Below are positions 36,119 to 45,549 of a DNA stretch of 64,000 bases, one piece after another. Every line of letters starts with the position of its first letter. Positions within the stretch are counted from its first letter, which is position 1. The DNA comes from a virus. The notes beneath the pieces are model-generated. The model searched no databases. It saw only the letters and a program-made list of their open reading frames with translations, and was not told the DNA's origin. The translations under genes were made by a program, and so were the position numbers. The stretch is taken from positions 1 through 64,000 of the IMG/VR virus record IMGVR_UViG_3300042922_000295, one strand, 5' to 3'.

Positions 36119-37577
36119 GACGAACCAGTACACCGGACAGCGTCCGCGCAAGTCACTGGAGCCGTGGATCAAGGATGAGGTGCACTTCTACCCTCATCAG
36201 ATCGACGGTGTGCGGACGCTCGCCCGGCGTCGGTCGTTCCTTCTCGCAGACGACATGGGCCTCGGCAAGTCACTGCAGGCACTCACGGTGTTCGCAGTCG
36301 ACGTCGTGCAGGGGTACTCGAAGACCGCCATCGTGGTTGCGCCCGTCACCCTGAAGGGCAACTGGTCCGACGAGATCGAGAAGTTCTCGCGGTTCCCGCA
36401 CGTGGTTCTCGACGGGACCCCGGCCAAGCGCCGCAAGCAGATCGAGGAGTTCCGGCAGATCGATGGCCCGAAGATTCTCGTCGTGAACTACGAGCAGGTC
36501 GTCACCCACAAGGATGACCTGAACAGCCTCCTGTTCGACATCGCGATCTTCGACGAGGCGCACTACCTCAAGAACCCGAAGGCGCAGCGCACCAAGGCGT
36601 GCCTCATGCTCTACTCGCGTCGGTCGTTCCTCCTCACGGGTACGCCGATGCTGAACCACGTCGATGAGCTGTGGTCCATTCTCAACCGGATCGACCCGGT
36701 GAAGTGGCCCAAGTACTGGAGCTTCCTCAATCGCTACGCAGTCTTCGGCGGATACAAGGACAAGCAGATCATCGGCGTGAAGAACGAGCTGGAGCTCACC
36801 GAGCGCCTCAAGGACGTCATGGTTCGGCGCCTCAAGAAGGATGTGCTCGACCTCCCCGAGGTCCAGTACATCGAGCGCCGCGTCGACCTGGAGAAGGAGC
36901 AGCGGACGCTGTACGACGAGGTCGCGAACGAGCTGCGACTCCCGACCCCGGACGGCGACCCGCAGGACATCGAGAACGCCCTCACGAAGTTCCTCCGACT
37001 CAAGCAGATCTGTGGCACGACACTCCCGTTCACCGGCGAGGACGTGTCCAGCAAGCTCACGCTGGCGGTGTCGGACGACGTCGAGTTGCTGGAGAACGGC
37101 GAGCGTGTCGTGGTGTTCACGCAGTTCAGGGACGTCCAGCGTGCGTACATCGACCGCCTCAAGAAGGCTCGGCCTAACACGCCTATCTTCGAGCTGCACG
37201 GTGACGTGCCGACAGACGGTCGCCAGCAGGTCGTCAAGCAGTGGGGGATGACCCAGGAGCCTGGCGTGATCGTCTGCATGCTCCAGGTTGCAGGCGTCGG
37301 CCTGAACATGACGCAGGCGCGGCACGGCAGCTTCATCGACAAGCTCTTCGTCCCCGGCCTCAACCAGCAGGCCGTCGACCGGCTCCACCGTATCGGACAG
37401 TCCGAGACGCAGCAGGTGCAGATTCGCGAGTACCTGTGCCGCAACACGATCGAGTCCAGGGTCAACCAGATCCTTCGGACGAAGAAGAAGTTGTTCGGGG
37501 AGATCGTGGAGACCGACCCGAACTGGAAGCGGAAGCTCATCGCGGCCATGCGAGAGGATGACAACTACGGTGGATGA
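36099..37577 (+). CDS. SNF2-family DNA helicase
   Basis: DDMGLGKS, DEAH, LTGTP, GVGLN, QAVDRLHRIGQ. Confidence 0.95.
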   Translation: MAVATPETNQYTGQRPRKSLEPWIKDEVHFYPHQIDGVRTLARRRSFLLADDMGLGKSLQALTVFAVDVVQGYSKTAIVVAPVTLKGNWSDEIEKFSRFPHVVLDGTPAKRRKQIEEFRQIDGPKILVVNYEQVVTHKDDLNSLLFDIAIFDEAHYLKNPKAQRTKACLMLYSRRSFLLTGTPMLNHVDELWSILNRIDPVKWPKYWSFLNRYAVFGGYKDKQIIGVKNELELTERLKDVMVRRLKKDVLDLPEVQYIERRVDLEKEQRTLYDEVANELRLPTPDGDPQDIENALTKFLRLKQICGTTLPFTGEDVSSKLTLAVSDDVELLENGERVVVFTQFRDVQRAYIDRLKKARPNTPIFELHGDVPTDGRQQVVKQWGMTQEPGVIVCMLQVAGVGLNMTQARHGSFIDKLFVPGLNQQAVDRLHRIGQSETQQVQIREYLCRNTIESRVNQILRTKKKLFGEIVETDPNWKRKLIAAMREDDNYGG

Positions 37578-37758
37578 CAACGACCCTCTCGTGAAGGTCA
37601 GCAGCGTGGCGGAGATCTTCGGCGTCCAGCCCCGCACCGTTCGCGAGTGGATCAAGAGCGGCAAGATCAAGGCCACCAGCACGCCGGGTGGTCAGTACCG
37701 AATCCCTCAGTCCGAAGTTCAGCGACTCGCTGACGCCATGTACGGGAGCAACGCATGA
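37558..37758 (+). CDS. MerR-like/excisionase-family HTH protein
   Basis: VAEIFGVQPRTVREWIKSGKI...TPGGQYRIP. Confidence 0.9.
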   Translation: MTTTVDDNDPLVKVSSVAEIFGVQPRTVREWIKSGKIKATSTPGGQYRIPQSEVQRLADAMYGSNA

Positions 37759-38372
37759 ACAAGTTCTTCTGGATCGACGTCGAGACCACCGGTCTGGACC
37801 CCCAGCAGGGGGACGTCCTGGAGGTGTCGTTCGCCGTCACCGACACCGAGCTGAACATCATCGACATCGCCAACTGGATCATCCGCCAGCATGGCGCCGA
37901 GGACTACGTCGCCCTCCGCGCCAGCGGCGGTGACACCGGCGCCGAGACCGTCCTGCAGATGCACCGCAAGACCGGGCTCTGGGAGGACATCCTCTCGCCC
38001 AAGGCGTGGTCGGAGAACGACGCGGCGAAGGCGATGATCCAGTTCCTGGAGCAGAACGGCATCACCCTGAAGGACCCGATGTGCGGCTCGTCCGTGCACT
38101 TCGACCGGGCCTGGATGGCCCAGCACTTCCCCGACGTGCACGCCCTGTTCCACTACAGGAACATCGACATCAGCACGCTCAAGGAGCTGTGCCGTCGGCT
38201 GCAGCCCGAGATGTTCGCCTACCAGGAGAACGACCTCCGGCCCTCGATGAAGGAGCCGTTCCACCGGGCGGAGAACGACGTCGAGAACACCATCGCCGAG
38301 GCGCGGTGGTACTTCGACAACTTCCTCTTCATCCCGACCATCGAGGTCATCAGCGACCCGGGTGAGATCTGA
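37755..38372 (+). CDS. orn: Oligoribonuclease (DEDDh exonuclease)
   Basis: WIDVETTGLDP, GSSVHFDR, FHYRNIDISTLKEL, HRAEND. Confidence 0.9.
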   Translation: MNKFFWIDVETTGLDPQQGDVLEVSFAVTDTELNIIDIANWIIRQHGAEDYVALRASGGDTGAETVLQMHRKTGLWEDILSPKAWSENDAAKAMIQFLEQNGITLKDPMCGSSVHFDRAWMAQHFPDVHALFHYRNIDISTLKELCRRLQPEMFAYQENDLRPSMKEPFHRAENDVENTIAEARWYFDNFLFIPTIEVISDPGEI

Positions 38373-38950
38373 TGAACCCCGAAGGCGATCCGGTGGACGG
38401 GAAGGTCGGCCCGTCCACCGATGAGGTTATCGGTCACCTCGTCGATGCCGCCAAGAAGGGCTTCATCACGCCGCCGAACCAGTCGGGCTCGTGGTCGGAC
38501 CCCAACACAGACGTCATGGCGAGCCTTCGGAAGGCGTCGGATGCCTTGTCGAAGCAGATCGGTTCGGGGAAGATCTTCGCGCTGCCTGCCGACATGCAGC
38601 CCACGGTCGCCTCACTGCTGGGTCCCAACGGTCTGGGGCAGCCGCTGAACGGCATCCGGTCGGGCAGGTTCACGGGACCGACGCCACCGGCCAACACGCC
38701 CGCAAGTGGTGGCATGCTGTCACGAGCTGCCGGGCATCGGGATTGGGCAGAGAAGATGAACAGCACCGAGACCGACTACCTCATCAACCTCCTCGCCCTG
38801 CTCATCGAGCAGGTCGGTGGCAGCATCGTCCTGTCCAAGCAGGAGGTCGAGCAGCTCGCTATCGCCCCGCGCCGAACCCTCGAAGTGTTCGAGGACCCCG
38901 AGCGCGGTTCCATCACCTATCGAGTCGACATCGAGGAGACCCAGCAGTGA
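38372..38950 (+). CDS. Hypothetical protein
   Basis: TGATG coupling. Confidence 0.75.
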   Translation: MNPEGDPVDGKVGPSTDEVIGHLVDAAKKGFITPPNQSGSWSDPNTDVMASLRKASDALSKQIGSGKIFALPADMQPTVASLLGPNGLGQPLNGIRSGRFTGPTPPANTPASGGMLSRAAGHRDWAEKMNSTETDYLINLLALLIEQVGGSIVLSKQEVEQLAIAPRRTLEVFEDPERGSITYRVDIEETQQ

Positions 38951-40047
38951 CGATCAAGGTCACATTCGAGACTGCGACGCTGGCGGACGCCATCAAGAAG
39001 GCCGACCGCGTCGCCCCCGGAAAGGGGAAGGCCTTTGACGAGGCCGGTGGCATCGTCATGGAGTTTGTCCCTGACGAGAACCTGGTTGTCGTACGCGCCA
39101 CCAACACCGAGATCTTCTACCGCGAGTGGATCAACGGTCAGATCGAGACCGACCAGGAGTCCGTCCTCTGGCGGCTCCCGAGCCAGATGCTCACGCCCAT
39201 CGTCACCAGCCTCCCCATCGGGTCCGGCAAGACGGTGACGTTCGAGCAGGTGGGCTCGCGCATCGAGTTCAAGTCGGGGCGCGCCAAGGGCAAGATCAAC
39301 CTGCTGGACCCCTCGTACTACCCCGAGTGGGACGTGTTCGACCCGGACGACCTGAAGCCGGTTGCCGACCTCGGCGGCAAGGTCAGCCTGGTGGAGTGGG
39401 CTATCGACAAGACTGCCCCGCCCTTCAATGGGGTGAACTTCAACGGTGACGCGGTGCGTGCCACCGACAAGTACAGGATCGCCACCGTTCCGCTCGCCAT
39501 CCCGCTGGACGCGCCGGTCACGGTTCCCGGAGGCCTCCTCGGGTCGATCCTGAAGCAGACTGGCGAAGTCATGGTCGGCTTCACGGAGCACCAGATGCTC
39601 CTGATGCCGAACGAGACGACGCAGATTCGCCTCGTGCTGATCGGCAGCCAGTACCCGGCGGTCGAGCGTGTCATGGATCGTGACATGGAGATGTCGGTGA
39701 CTTTCAACAAGACGGAGTTGCTGGAAGTCATCAACCGTGTCATCATCGCGGCGGGCGGGGATCGGCTTCCCGTCATGAGGATGTACTTCGGTCGTGAGGG
39801 CATCAACGCAGTCGTGAAGTCGGACACCAGTTCGATCCTCGACGGCATTGAGACGCCGGGGTACTGCGTGCACGACCGCATCGAGATAATGTTCACGCCC
39901 AAGAACATCGTTGACCCGATCTCGAACGCGCCGAACGAGAAGGTTACCCTGCACTACAACCTCTCGGACAACAAGAAGGTCTACATCGACGGAGGTTCAG
40001 GCTACGAGGCCTGGGCCGTCGTTCGGGCCTCCACTGGCGAGTCATGA
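38947..40047 (+). CDS. dnaN: DNA polymerase III beta sliding clamp
   Basis: About 366 aa; ATNTEI, ATDKYRI, YPAVERVM match the beta-clamp pattern. Confidence 0.85.
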   Translation: MTIKVTFETATLADAIKKADRVAPGKGKAFDEAGGIVMEFVPDENLVVVRATNTEIFYREWINGQIETDQESVLWRLPSQMLTPIVTSLPIGSGKTVTFEQVGSRIEFKSGRAKGKINLLDPSYYPEWDVFDPDDLKPVADLGGKVSLVEWAIDKTAPPFNGVNFNGDAVRATDKYRIATVPLAIPLDAPVTVPGGLLGSILKQTGEVMVGFTEHQMLLMPNETTQIRLVLIGSQYPAVERVMDRDMEMSVTFNKTELLEVINRVIIAAGGDRLPVMRMYFGREGINAVVKSDTSSILDGIETPGYCVHDRIEIMFTPKNIVDPISNAPNEKVTLHYNLSDNKKVYIDGGSGYEAWAVVRASTGES

Positions 40048-40448
40048 GAGACGAGGAGACGACGGGAATGAAGCTTCCCAAGGGGTTCGACTTCCAGCGG
40101 GAGTACTACCTCGCTGGGCCGATGACGGGGTACGAGCACTTCAACTACCCCGCCTTCGAGCGCAACATGCACGAGCTCGAAGGAGAGGCGGTGACGATCA
40201 AGTCGCCGCACACGATCCCCTGGCCCGAGGAGCCTCAGGAGGGGGAGGAGCTCTGGCAGACCATGATGCGCAAGGCGCTCGCGATGCTCCTCACCTGCAA
40301 CGGCATCATCCTCATGCGAGGGTGGACCGAGAGCAAGGGGGCGTTGGTCGAGTACAACATCGCCACCGCCCTTCGCATGCCCGTCTACTTCCTGGACGGT
40401 AAGTACGTAGTTCCGATGCACGACCACGAGAGGACGCTTGTTTCATGA
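40044..40448 (+). CDS. DUF4406 / nucleoside 2-deoxyribosyltransferase-like protein
   Basis: YLAGPMTG...NYPAF...GWTESKGALVE. Confidence 0.85.
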   Translation: MRDEETTGMKLPKGFDFQREYYLAGPMTGYEHFNYPAFERNMHELEGEAVTIKSPHTIPWPEEPQEGEELWQTMMRKALAMLLTCNGIILMRGWTESKGALVEYNIATALRMPVYFLDGKYVVPMHDHERTLVS

Positions 40449-41044
40449 CCAACGCAGCTTACGCCGAGCCGATGTCCGTTGAGGACTACTCGGCCAAGGC
40501 GCTCACGACCGCCATCTACCCGGGTCGCAACGAGACGGGTGGTGTGCTGTACGCCACCCTCGGCCTCGTCGGCGAGGTGGGCGAGACGGGCGAGTTGTTC
40601 CTGGAGGACAAGGACTTCGAGCGGTCCGCCACGACGCCCGAGCTGGGTGACGTCCTGTGGTACATCAACGCGCTGGCCGACGAGCTCGAGTGGGGTCTCC
40701 CGGGCGTGCACAACGAGGTGTGCTACCGCCTGGGGATCGACGTCGCGAACATCTTCCTCGCGTCATCCCGGTCAGCGATCCCGTGGCGCCTGCACGCCGA
40801 GCTCGTCGTCAAGACCGGGGCCATCGCCAACAAGGTGAAGAAGGCGCTCCGCGACGACAAGGGCGTCATCACCGAGGACCGGGCGTCGCACCTTCGCGTC
40901 CTGCTGTCCCAGGCGTACGAGGTCTACATCCAGCTCGTCTGGGCGTGCGACCTCGACCTGCACGCCGTGATGGTGTACAACATCGACAAGCTCTTCGACC
41001 GCAAGCAGCGCGGTGCCCTGGGTGGCGACGGGGACAAGCGGTGA
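40445..41044 (+). CDS. MazG-like nucleotide pyrophosphohydrolase
   Basis: GLVGEVGE, ELGDVLWY, NIDKLFDRKQRG..GGDGDKR. Confidence 0.9.
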   Translation: MTNAAYAEPMSVEDYSAKALTTAIYPGRNETGGVLYATLGLVGEVGETGELFLEDKDFERSATTPELGDVLWYINALADELEWGLPGVHNEVCYRLGIDVANIFLASSRSAIPWRLHAELVVKTGAIANKVKKALRDDKGVITEDRASHLRVLLSQAYEVYIQLVWACDLDLHAVMVYNIDKLFDRKQRGALGGDGDKR

Positions 41045-41595
41045 GCCAGTTCATCTACCTCTACGTACCGGTCAACCCCGAGCCGTGGGCCATCGGGCCT
41101 GTCGGCTACGCTCGCCGGGGTGGTAAGATGTCGGCGTATGTCGGGCAGAACAAGCAGCTCGCTGCCTTCAAGGAGGCCGTCGCGGAGTCCGTTCGTGAGC
41201 AGTGGGGCGGGCTGCCGATGCTCGAAGGTGCCATCGAGATGCGACTGTGGTTCTGGCGCCAGCGAGCCGCGTACAAGACTCCGGCAGCCCGCGTCCACCG
41301 CAAGCACGAGGCCGACGCGACGAACATGCAGAAGGCAACCGAGGACGCCCTCCAGGGCATCGTGTTCGGGAACGACCGGGACGTGAAGATTCCCCGCTCC
41401 GTCATCATGGAGCAGGGCGAGTCGACGGTCGGCGGTATCGTCATCGCGGTTCGGAGCATCGAGGGGTGGGCCGAGGCCGAGGAGGATGCCCTGCCTCCCG
41501 GCGTGCGCGCCGCTCGTATCCAGCACATCGGCAGCTTCACCCCATCCCCCGAGACCGACAGCAACGCGTGGCCCCCGGCTGACGGAGCCTTCTGA
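41041..41595 (+). CDS. rusA: RusA-like Holliday junction resolvase
   Basis: DATNMQKATEDALQGIVFGND. Confidence 0.8.
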   Translation: MSQFIYLYVPVNPEPWAIGPVGYARRGGKMSAYVGQNKQLAAFKEAVAESVREQWGGLPMLEGAIEMRLWFWRQRAAYKTPAARVHRKHEADATNMQKATEDALQGIVFGNDRDVKIPRSVIMEQGESTVGGIVIAVRSIEGWAEAEEDALPPGVRAARIQHIGSFTPSPETDSNAWPPADGAF

Positions 41596-41900
41596 TGCTG
41601 ACGGTGTCGGTCAAGGTCAATGACCTCGAAGTCGCCATCGTGGAAATCAAGAACGTCCAGACGAACGAGGACGGGACTGCTAACTACGTAGCGACCTTCG
41701 AGGTTGACCGGATGGGTGCGCGAGGCCGACACCGTCGCAGGCTGTTCGGATTCCCGCGCACGCAGTACAACGCACTTGGGCTACTCAAGTTGGCCCTGGA
41801 TTCACTCGACCCGAGAGACTTGGAGCTCGAAACCGATGGGACTGGTACATCAGATCTGGCACGGCGACAGCGTGGAGCTGGCCCAGCGCTTCCACGCTAA
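41595..41900 (+). CDS. Hypothetical protein
   Basis: TGATG coupling. Confidence 0.7.
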   Translation: MLTVSVKVNDLEVAIVEIKNVQTNEDGTANYVATFEVDRMGARGRHRRRLFGFPRTQYNALGLLKLALDSLDPRDLELETDGTGTSDLARRQRGAGPALPR

Positions 41901-42564
41901 GCGTCGCATCCAGAGCGTCATCACCGACCCGCCCTTCGGCGTGGACAACCTGTCGAACATGGCGACGACGCAGGCTGGCAAGGAGTATGCCCGCAAGATC
42001 GCCAACGACGAGTCCCCCGAGGTGGCGATCAAGGTCTTCCGTGACGTCATGGAGTCCGTCATCCCCGGGATGAAGGAGGAGTCGGACATCTACATCTTCA
42101 CGGCGCACCAGGTGCTGGAGGAGTGGCTGGTGTTCACCCGGGACCTCCTGGAGCCGCACGGCTTCCGCCGCAAGGCGATCCTCGTGTGGGAGAAGGATGG
42201 CCCCGGCATGGGCGACCTCAACTCGTGGGGCATGGGCTGCGAGTTCGTCCTGTACTACAAGCGGGGCAACCGCGAGAAGTCGGACAAGCGCCGGAACAAC
42301 GTCCTGCACCTCCCGCAGCTCAGGCCGAACGAGCTCATCCACCCGCACGAGAAGCCGGAGCAGTTGCTGGAGTTGCTCCTGAAGCACTCGACGGACCCGG
42401 GCGACTTCGTCATCGACCCGTTCGGTGGTAGCGGCAGCCTCGTGCGCGCCGCTCGCCGGTGCGGCCGGTCGGCGGTCGCCATCGAGCTGGACGAGAAGAA
42501 CTACGAACTCGCCAGCAAGAAGCTCAACGAGGGCGACGGCGGAGGCTTCGACTTCGGAGTGTGA
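41836..42564 (+). CDS. Orphan amino-DNA methyltransferase (N6A/N4C, beta-class motif order)
   Basis: ITDPPF, HPHEKP, DPFGGSGS. Confidence 0.92.
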   Translation: MGLVHQIWHGDSVELAQRFHAKRRIQSVITDPPFGVDNLSNMATTQAGKEYARKIANDESPEVAIKVFRDVMESVIPGMKEESDIYIFTAHQVLEEWLVFTRDLLEPHGFRRKAILVWEKDGPGMGDLNSWGMGCEFVLYYKRGNREKSDKRRNNVLHLPQLRPNELIHPHEKPEQLLELLLKHSTDPGDFVIDPFGGSGSLVRAARRCGRSAVAIELDEKNYELASKKLNEGDGGGFDFGV

Positions 42565-42674
42565 TCGACCTGCCAGGCGGGGGCGGCGTATCCGGTAGTG
42601 CACGCACTATCACGCCGCCCCCGCTTTCGGCTACCATGACACCACCCGAAGCCCCGACCCAGCAGGAGGCACCA

Positions 42675-43028
42675 GTGAGTACGACCGAAGGCCAGGAGGT
42701 GCGGGAAGTCCACCCGTTCTCCATGGACAGGATCAGCCCTGTCATGAGCTTCGCCCCCGTCCCCGAAGTCGAGGCGGAGGTCCCAAAAGAAGAATCTGCA
42801 CCGGAGCCTGCTCCCGTGCCCGATCCGACGCCGACGACTCCGGACCCGGAGAAGAAGGACCCGGAGGACGACCCGCTCAAGGACGTGAAGGTGAGCGAGG
42901 GGGAGGCTTCGAAGAAGTCTGGGGAATCGACCTCGTCCCCCACGCCGCCCACGACCCCCGCACCCCCGGCGAAGCCTGCGACTGCGGCGAAGGTGTCGAA
43001 GAGCGACTCGCCGACTTCTTCCAAGTAG
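42675..43028 (+). CDS. Low-complexity Pro/Ser/Glu/Lys-rich protein
   Basis: AGGAGG RBS before GTG 42675. Confidence 0.65.
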   Translation: MSTTEGQEVREVHPFSMDRISPVMSFAPVPEVEAEVPKEESAPEPAPVPDPTPTTPDPEKKDPEDDPLKDVKVSEGEASKKSGESTSSPTPPTTPAPPAKPATAAKVSKSDSPTSSK

Positions 43029-43249
43029 ACACGTCATGGCAGGAGCGCGGAGCATGCTTCGGCCGGGCTCCTGCCAAGCGTGGCGAGCCTGACCCCTTCT
43101 TCCCGGAGAAGGGGTCTATCGCCTTGGCGAACAAGGCAATCAAGGAGTATTGCATGGTCTGCCCCGTGCGCAAGCTGTGCAAGCAGTACCAAGAAGAGAC
43201 TGGCTCCGTCGGAGTATGGGGCGGGCAGTACATCGGTCGAGATTCCTGA
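42962..43249 (+). CDS. whiB: WhiB-family transcription factor domain (no canonical start codon; 5' end uncertain)
   Basis: Hand translation: WQERGAC...DPFFPE...CMVCPVRKLC...GVWGG; absent from ORF track. Confidence 0.85.
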   Translation, partial: TPGEACDCGEGVEERLADFFQVDTSWQERGACFGRAPAKRGEPDPFFPEKGSIALANKAIKEYCMVCPVRKLCKQYQEETGSVGVWGGQYIGRDS

Positions 43250-43260
43250 AGGGAACAACA

Positions 43261-43581
43261 GTGAACGTCCACAAGGTCACCATCTACACGGACCCCGAGA
43301 CCGGCAAGCTCAGGTGGCGCTTCGTCCGCAAGGATGGGTCGATCCTCGCGGAGAGCACCAAGGTGTACGACACCCGCGAAGAGCTCATGGAGGACATGCA
43401 GATCGTCGTCGGCCTGTGGTTCGCCTTCGACGAGCACATGCCGGACCGCGTCAAGCAGGTCAGCCTCCACCGGAGCGAGCCGGTCGGCCTGGAGCTGCCT
43501 CAGCCGCAGGTCACCCCGGCCGAGCCCGAGGAGTCCGGCGAGGTCATCGGCGACCCCGACACCGAGGTCGAGCAGCCGTGA
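43261..43581 (+). CDS. DUF1508/YegP-like protein
   Basis: GKLRWRF...GSILAES...Y. Confidence 0.65.
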   Translation: MNVHKVTIYTDPETGKLRWRFVRKDGSILAESTKVYDTREELMEDMQIVVGLWFAFDEHMPDRVKQVSLHRSEPVGLELPQPQVTPAEPEESGEVIGDPDTEVEQP

Positions 43582-44801
43582 GGCCCAAGTCTCTGTCGGC
43601 ATCAGCGCTGCAGGTTGCAGCGCTGTGCCTCTCTCGGTACAACGCGGAGAACATCAACTACTCACGCGGCGCGTCCAACGAGGCGGCTCTCACCGGAACG
43701 TCGGCGCACGGCGCACTGGAGTTGTACGTCCAGAAGGTGTACCTGGAGAAGTCGATGGAGCCGAGCGTCGAGCTGCTCCTGGAGTTCTTCAAGCTGTCGT
43801 ACGTCAAGACGTTCGGCAACTCGGACTTCCGCTCGAAGAACTACAAGGACGGCGTGAAGATGCTCACGGCGTGGTTCGAGCGTACGTCGTTCGAGGGCTT
43901 CGAGGTCATCAGTACGGAGAAGAAGAAGAACTTCCCCATCCCCGTGATGATCGACGGAGTCAAGGACTCCATCCCGTTCAACTATGTTCTCGACCGGTTC
44001 GATCGCCTCGGCGAGACGAAGTACCGAGTCGTGGACTACAAGACGAACATCATGCCGCTCTCGCCGTCCGACCTGCGCGACAAGCCGCAGGCTCGCTGCT
44101 ACGCACTCGCCATGCAGATCGAGCACAAGGATGCCACCCAGATCTGGGTCGAGTTCGACATGCTTCGTCACGACGGCCCCGTGGGTGTGACCTACACCCG
44201 CGAGGACAACGTCGAGACGTGGAAGTGGATCAAGGCCGAGGCGCAGCGCATCATCGACACGCCCACGACCAAGATCGACAAGCAGACGGGCGAGGAGGTT
44301 CCGGCCAAGCTGCCCGAGACGCTCAACCCGGAGTGCAACTTCTGCATCCGCAAGACCACGTGCGAGACGGTCACCCGGAACATCGAGAACGGCGGCGTCC
44401 TGAGTCTCGGGATGCCGGGGATCGCTGACCGCCGCGCCGCGCTGGAGAACCAGAAGAAGGCGGCGGCGGCTGCCATCGAGGAGATCGACCGCGTCCTCCT
44501 GGCCGAGGCCAAGGTTGCCGACGTCGACCTCATCCCGGGAGACGACTACGACCTCGCGGTCGGCGTCTCGAAGCGTCGGGGCGTGGACGCGGAACGTCTC
44601 GTCATGGTACTGGCGGACAGCCCGAACCTGATCCGCAAGTACACCGGCGGCGCGTCCATCACGATGCGTGACTACGACGCCCTGCTGTCCGACCCCGAGC
44701 TCACCGAGGATCAGCGGCGGCACGTGTCAGGGCTGGTTTCGACCCGCTACGGGGAGCCGAGCATCCGAGTCAAGAAGAAGCCGACGATCCGCTCGAAGTA
44801 G
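43578..44801 (+). CDS. PD-(D/E)XK exonuclease (RecB/Cas4-like)
   Basis: LSAS...C, GTSAH, DR...VVDYKT, Q..CY, CNFC.....C. Confidence 0.9.
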   Translation: MRPKSLSASALQVAALCLSRYNAENINYSRGASNEAALTGTSAHGALELYVQKVYLEKSMEPSVELLLEFFKLSYVKTFGNSDFRSKNYKDGVKMLTAWFERTSFEGFEVISTEKKKNFPIPVMIDGVKDSIPFNYVLDRFDRLGETKYRVVDYKTNIMPLSPSDLRDKPQARCYALAMQIEHKDATQIWVEFDMLRHDGPVGVTYTREDNVETWKWIKAEAQRIIDTPTTKIDKQTGEEVPAKLPETLNPECNFCIRKTTCETVTRNIENGGVLSLGMPGIADRRAALENQKKAAAAAIEEIDRVLLAEAKVADVDLIPGDDYDLAVGVSKRRGVDAERLVMVLADSPNLIRKYTGGASITMRDYDALLSDPELTEDQRRHVSGLVSTRYGEPSIRVKKKPTIRSK

Positions 44802-44929
44802 CGCCACGCGGCCCGGTGGGACCCGCCCGGAGACGAACGGCGCGCTAGCGGCGGCACGTCCTCTAGGGAATCGGCTCCACCGGGCCGTTTCGCTTTAAAG
44901 ACCCGACACAACTGTAGTGAGGACTGAAA

Positions 44930-45229
44930 GTGCCCGAGTTCAAGAACATGATCGTCATGATCCAGCGAGGGTTCGGCAAGGCTGCTCTCGCGGCGAAGGA
45001 GGCCGGAAAGGCCTTCGAGATGTGGGGCCAGACGACCTACCGCAAGGTGCAGCGCTACAGGCTGCAGATGGAGACGGCCGACTGGCCTCCGTACAAGCGA
45101 GCCGAGGCTCTTCGCAAGCTGGATGCGACGTACCGCAAGCGGGATGCCATCGCTGCCAACCACGCGCAGGGTCACCCGAGCATGCGTGGTATCATCAGGA
45201 AGTCCAACAAGTCCCGAAAGGGGTGGTGA
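44930..45229 (+). CDS. Hypothetical protein
   Basis: GAGG RBS. Confidence 0.7.
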   Translation: MPEFKNMIVMIQRGFGKAALAAKEAGKAFEMWGQTTYRKVQRYRLQMETADWPPYKRAEALRKLDATYRKRDAIAANHAQGHPSMRGIIRKSNKSRKGW

Positions 45230-45549
45230 CAGTGCCGCACGACAAGAACAAGCCGACCTTCATCTGCGGTGGCGATGACACGCCGGGTGATCGTGGAACC
45301 GAGTGCCCGAACGCCCTGCACGATCATCCTCTTCCGTCCGGCTACGTGGACGCTGCTGCAGCGGCAGACAGGCGCTTGCGCTCGGGCAACTGGCGCAACA
45401 AGCGCTGCCCGGAGTGCGGCACGTACGGCTGGGAGGGGAGAGAGGACGACGCCCCACCGGAGGAGGTGCGGGGCGTCGTCCAGTCCAAGGGCCGGATCGT
45501 CGGCGGCAGCATGAAGGGACTCGAGTCCCAGGGCCGCATCATTCGATAG
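45226..45549 (+). CDS. Small zinc-binding protein, last rightward gene
   Basis: GTGA overlap; CP...H...CPECG. Confidence 0.65.
   Translation: MTVPHDKNKPTFICGGDDTPGDRGTECPNALHDHPLPSGYVDAAAAADRRLRSGNWRNKRCPECGTYGWEGREDDAPPEEVRGVVQSKGRIVGGSMKGLESQGRIIR

Noticed and set aside
41836-42564. Complete restriction-modification system
   Set aside because: No adjacent restriction endonuclease; orphan methyltransferases are common in phages.
43578-44801. Cas4-like nuclease as part of a CRISPR system
   Set aside because: Stand-alone PD-(D/E)XK exonucleases are routine in phage recombination modules.
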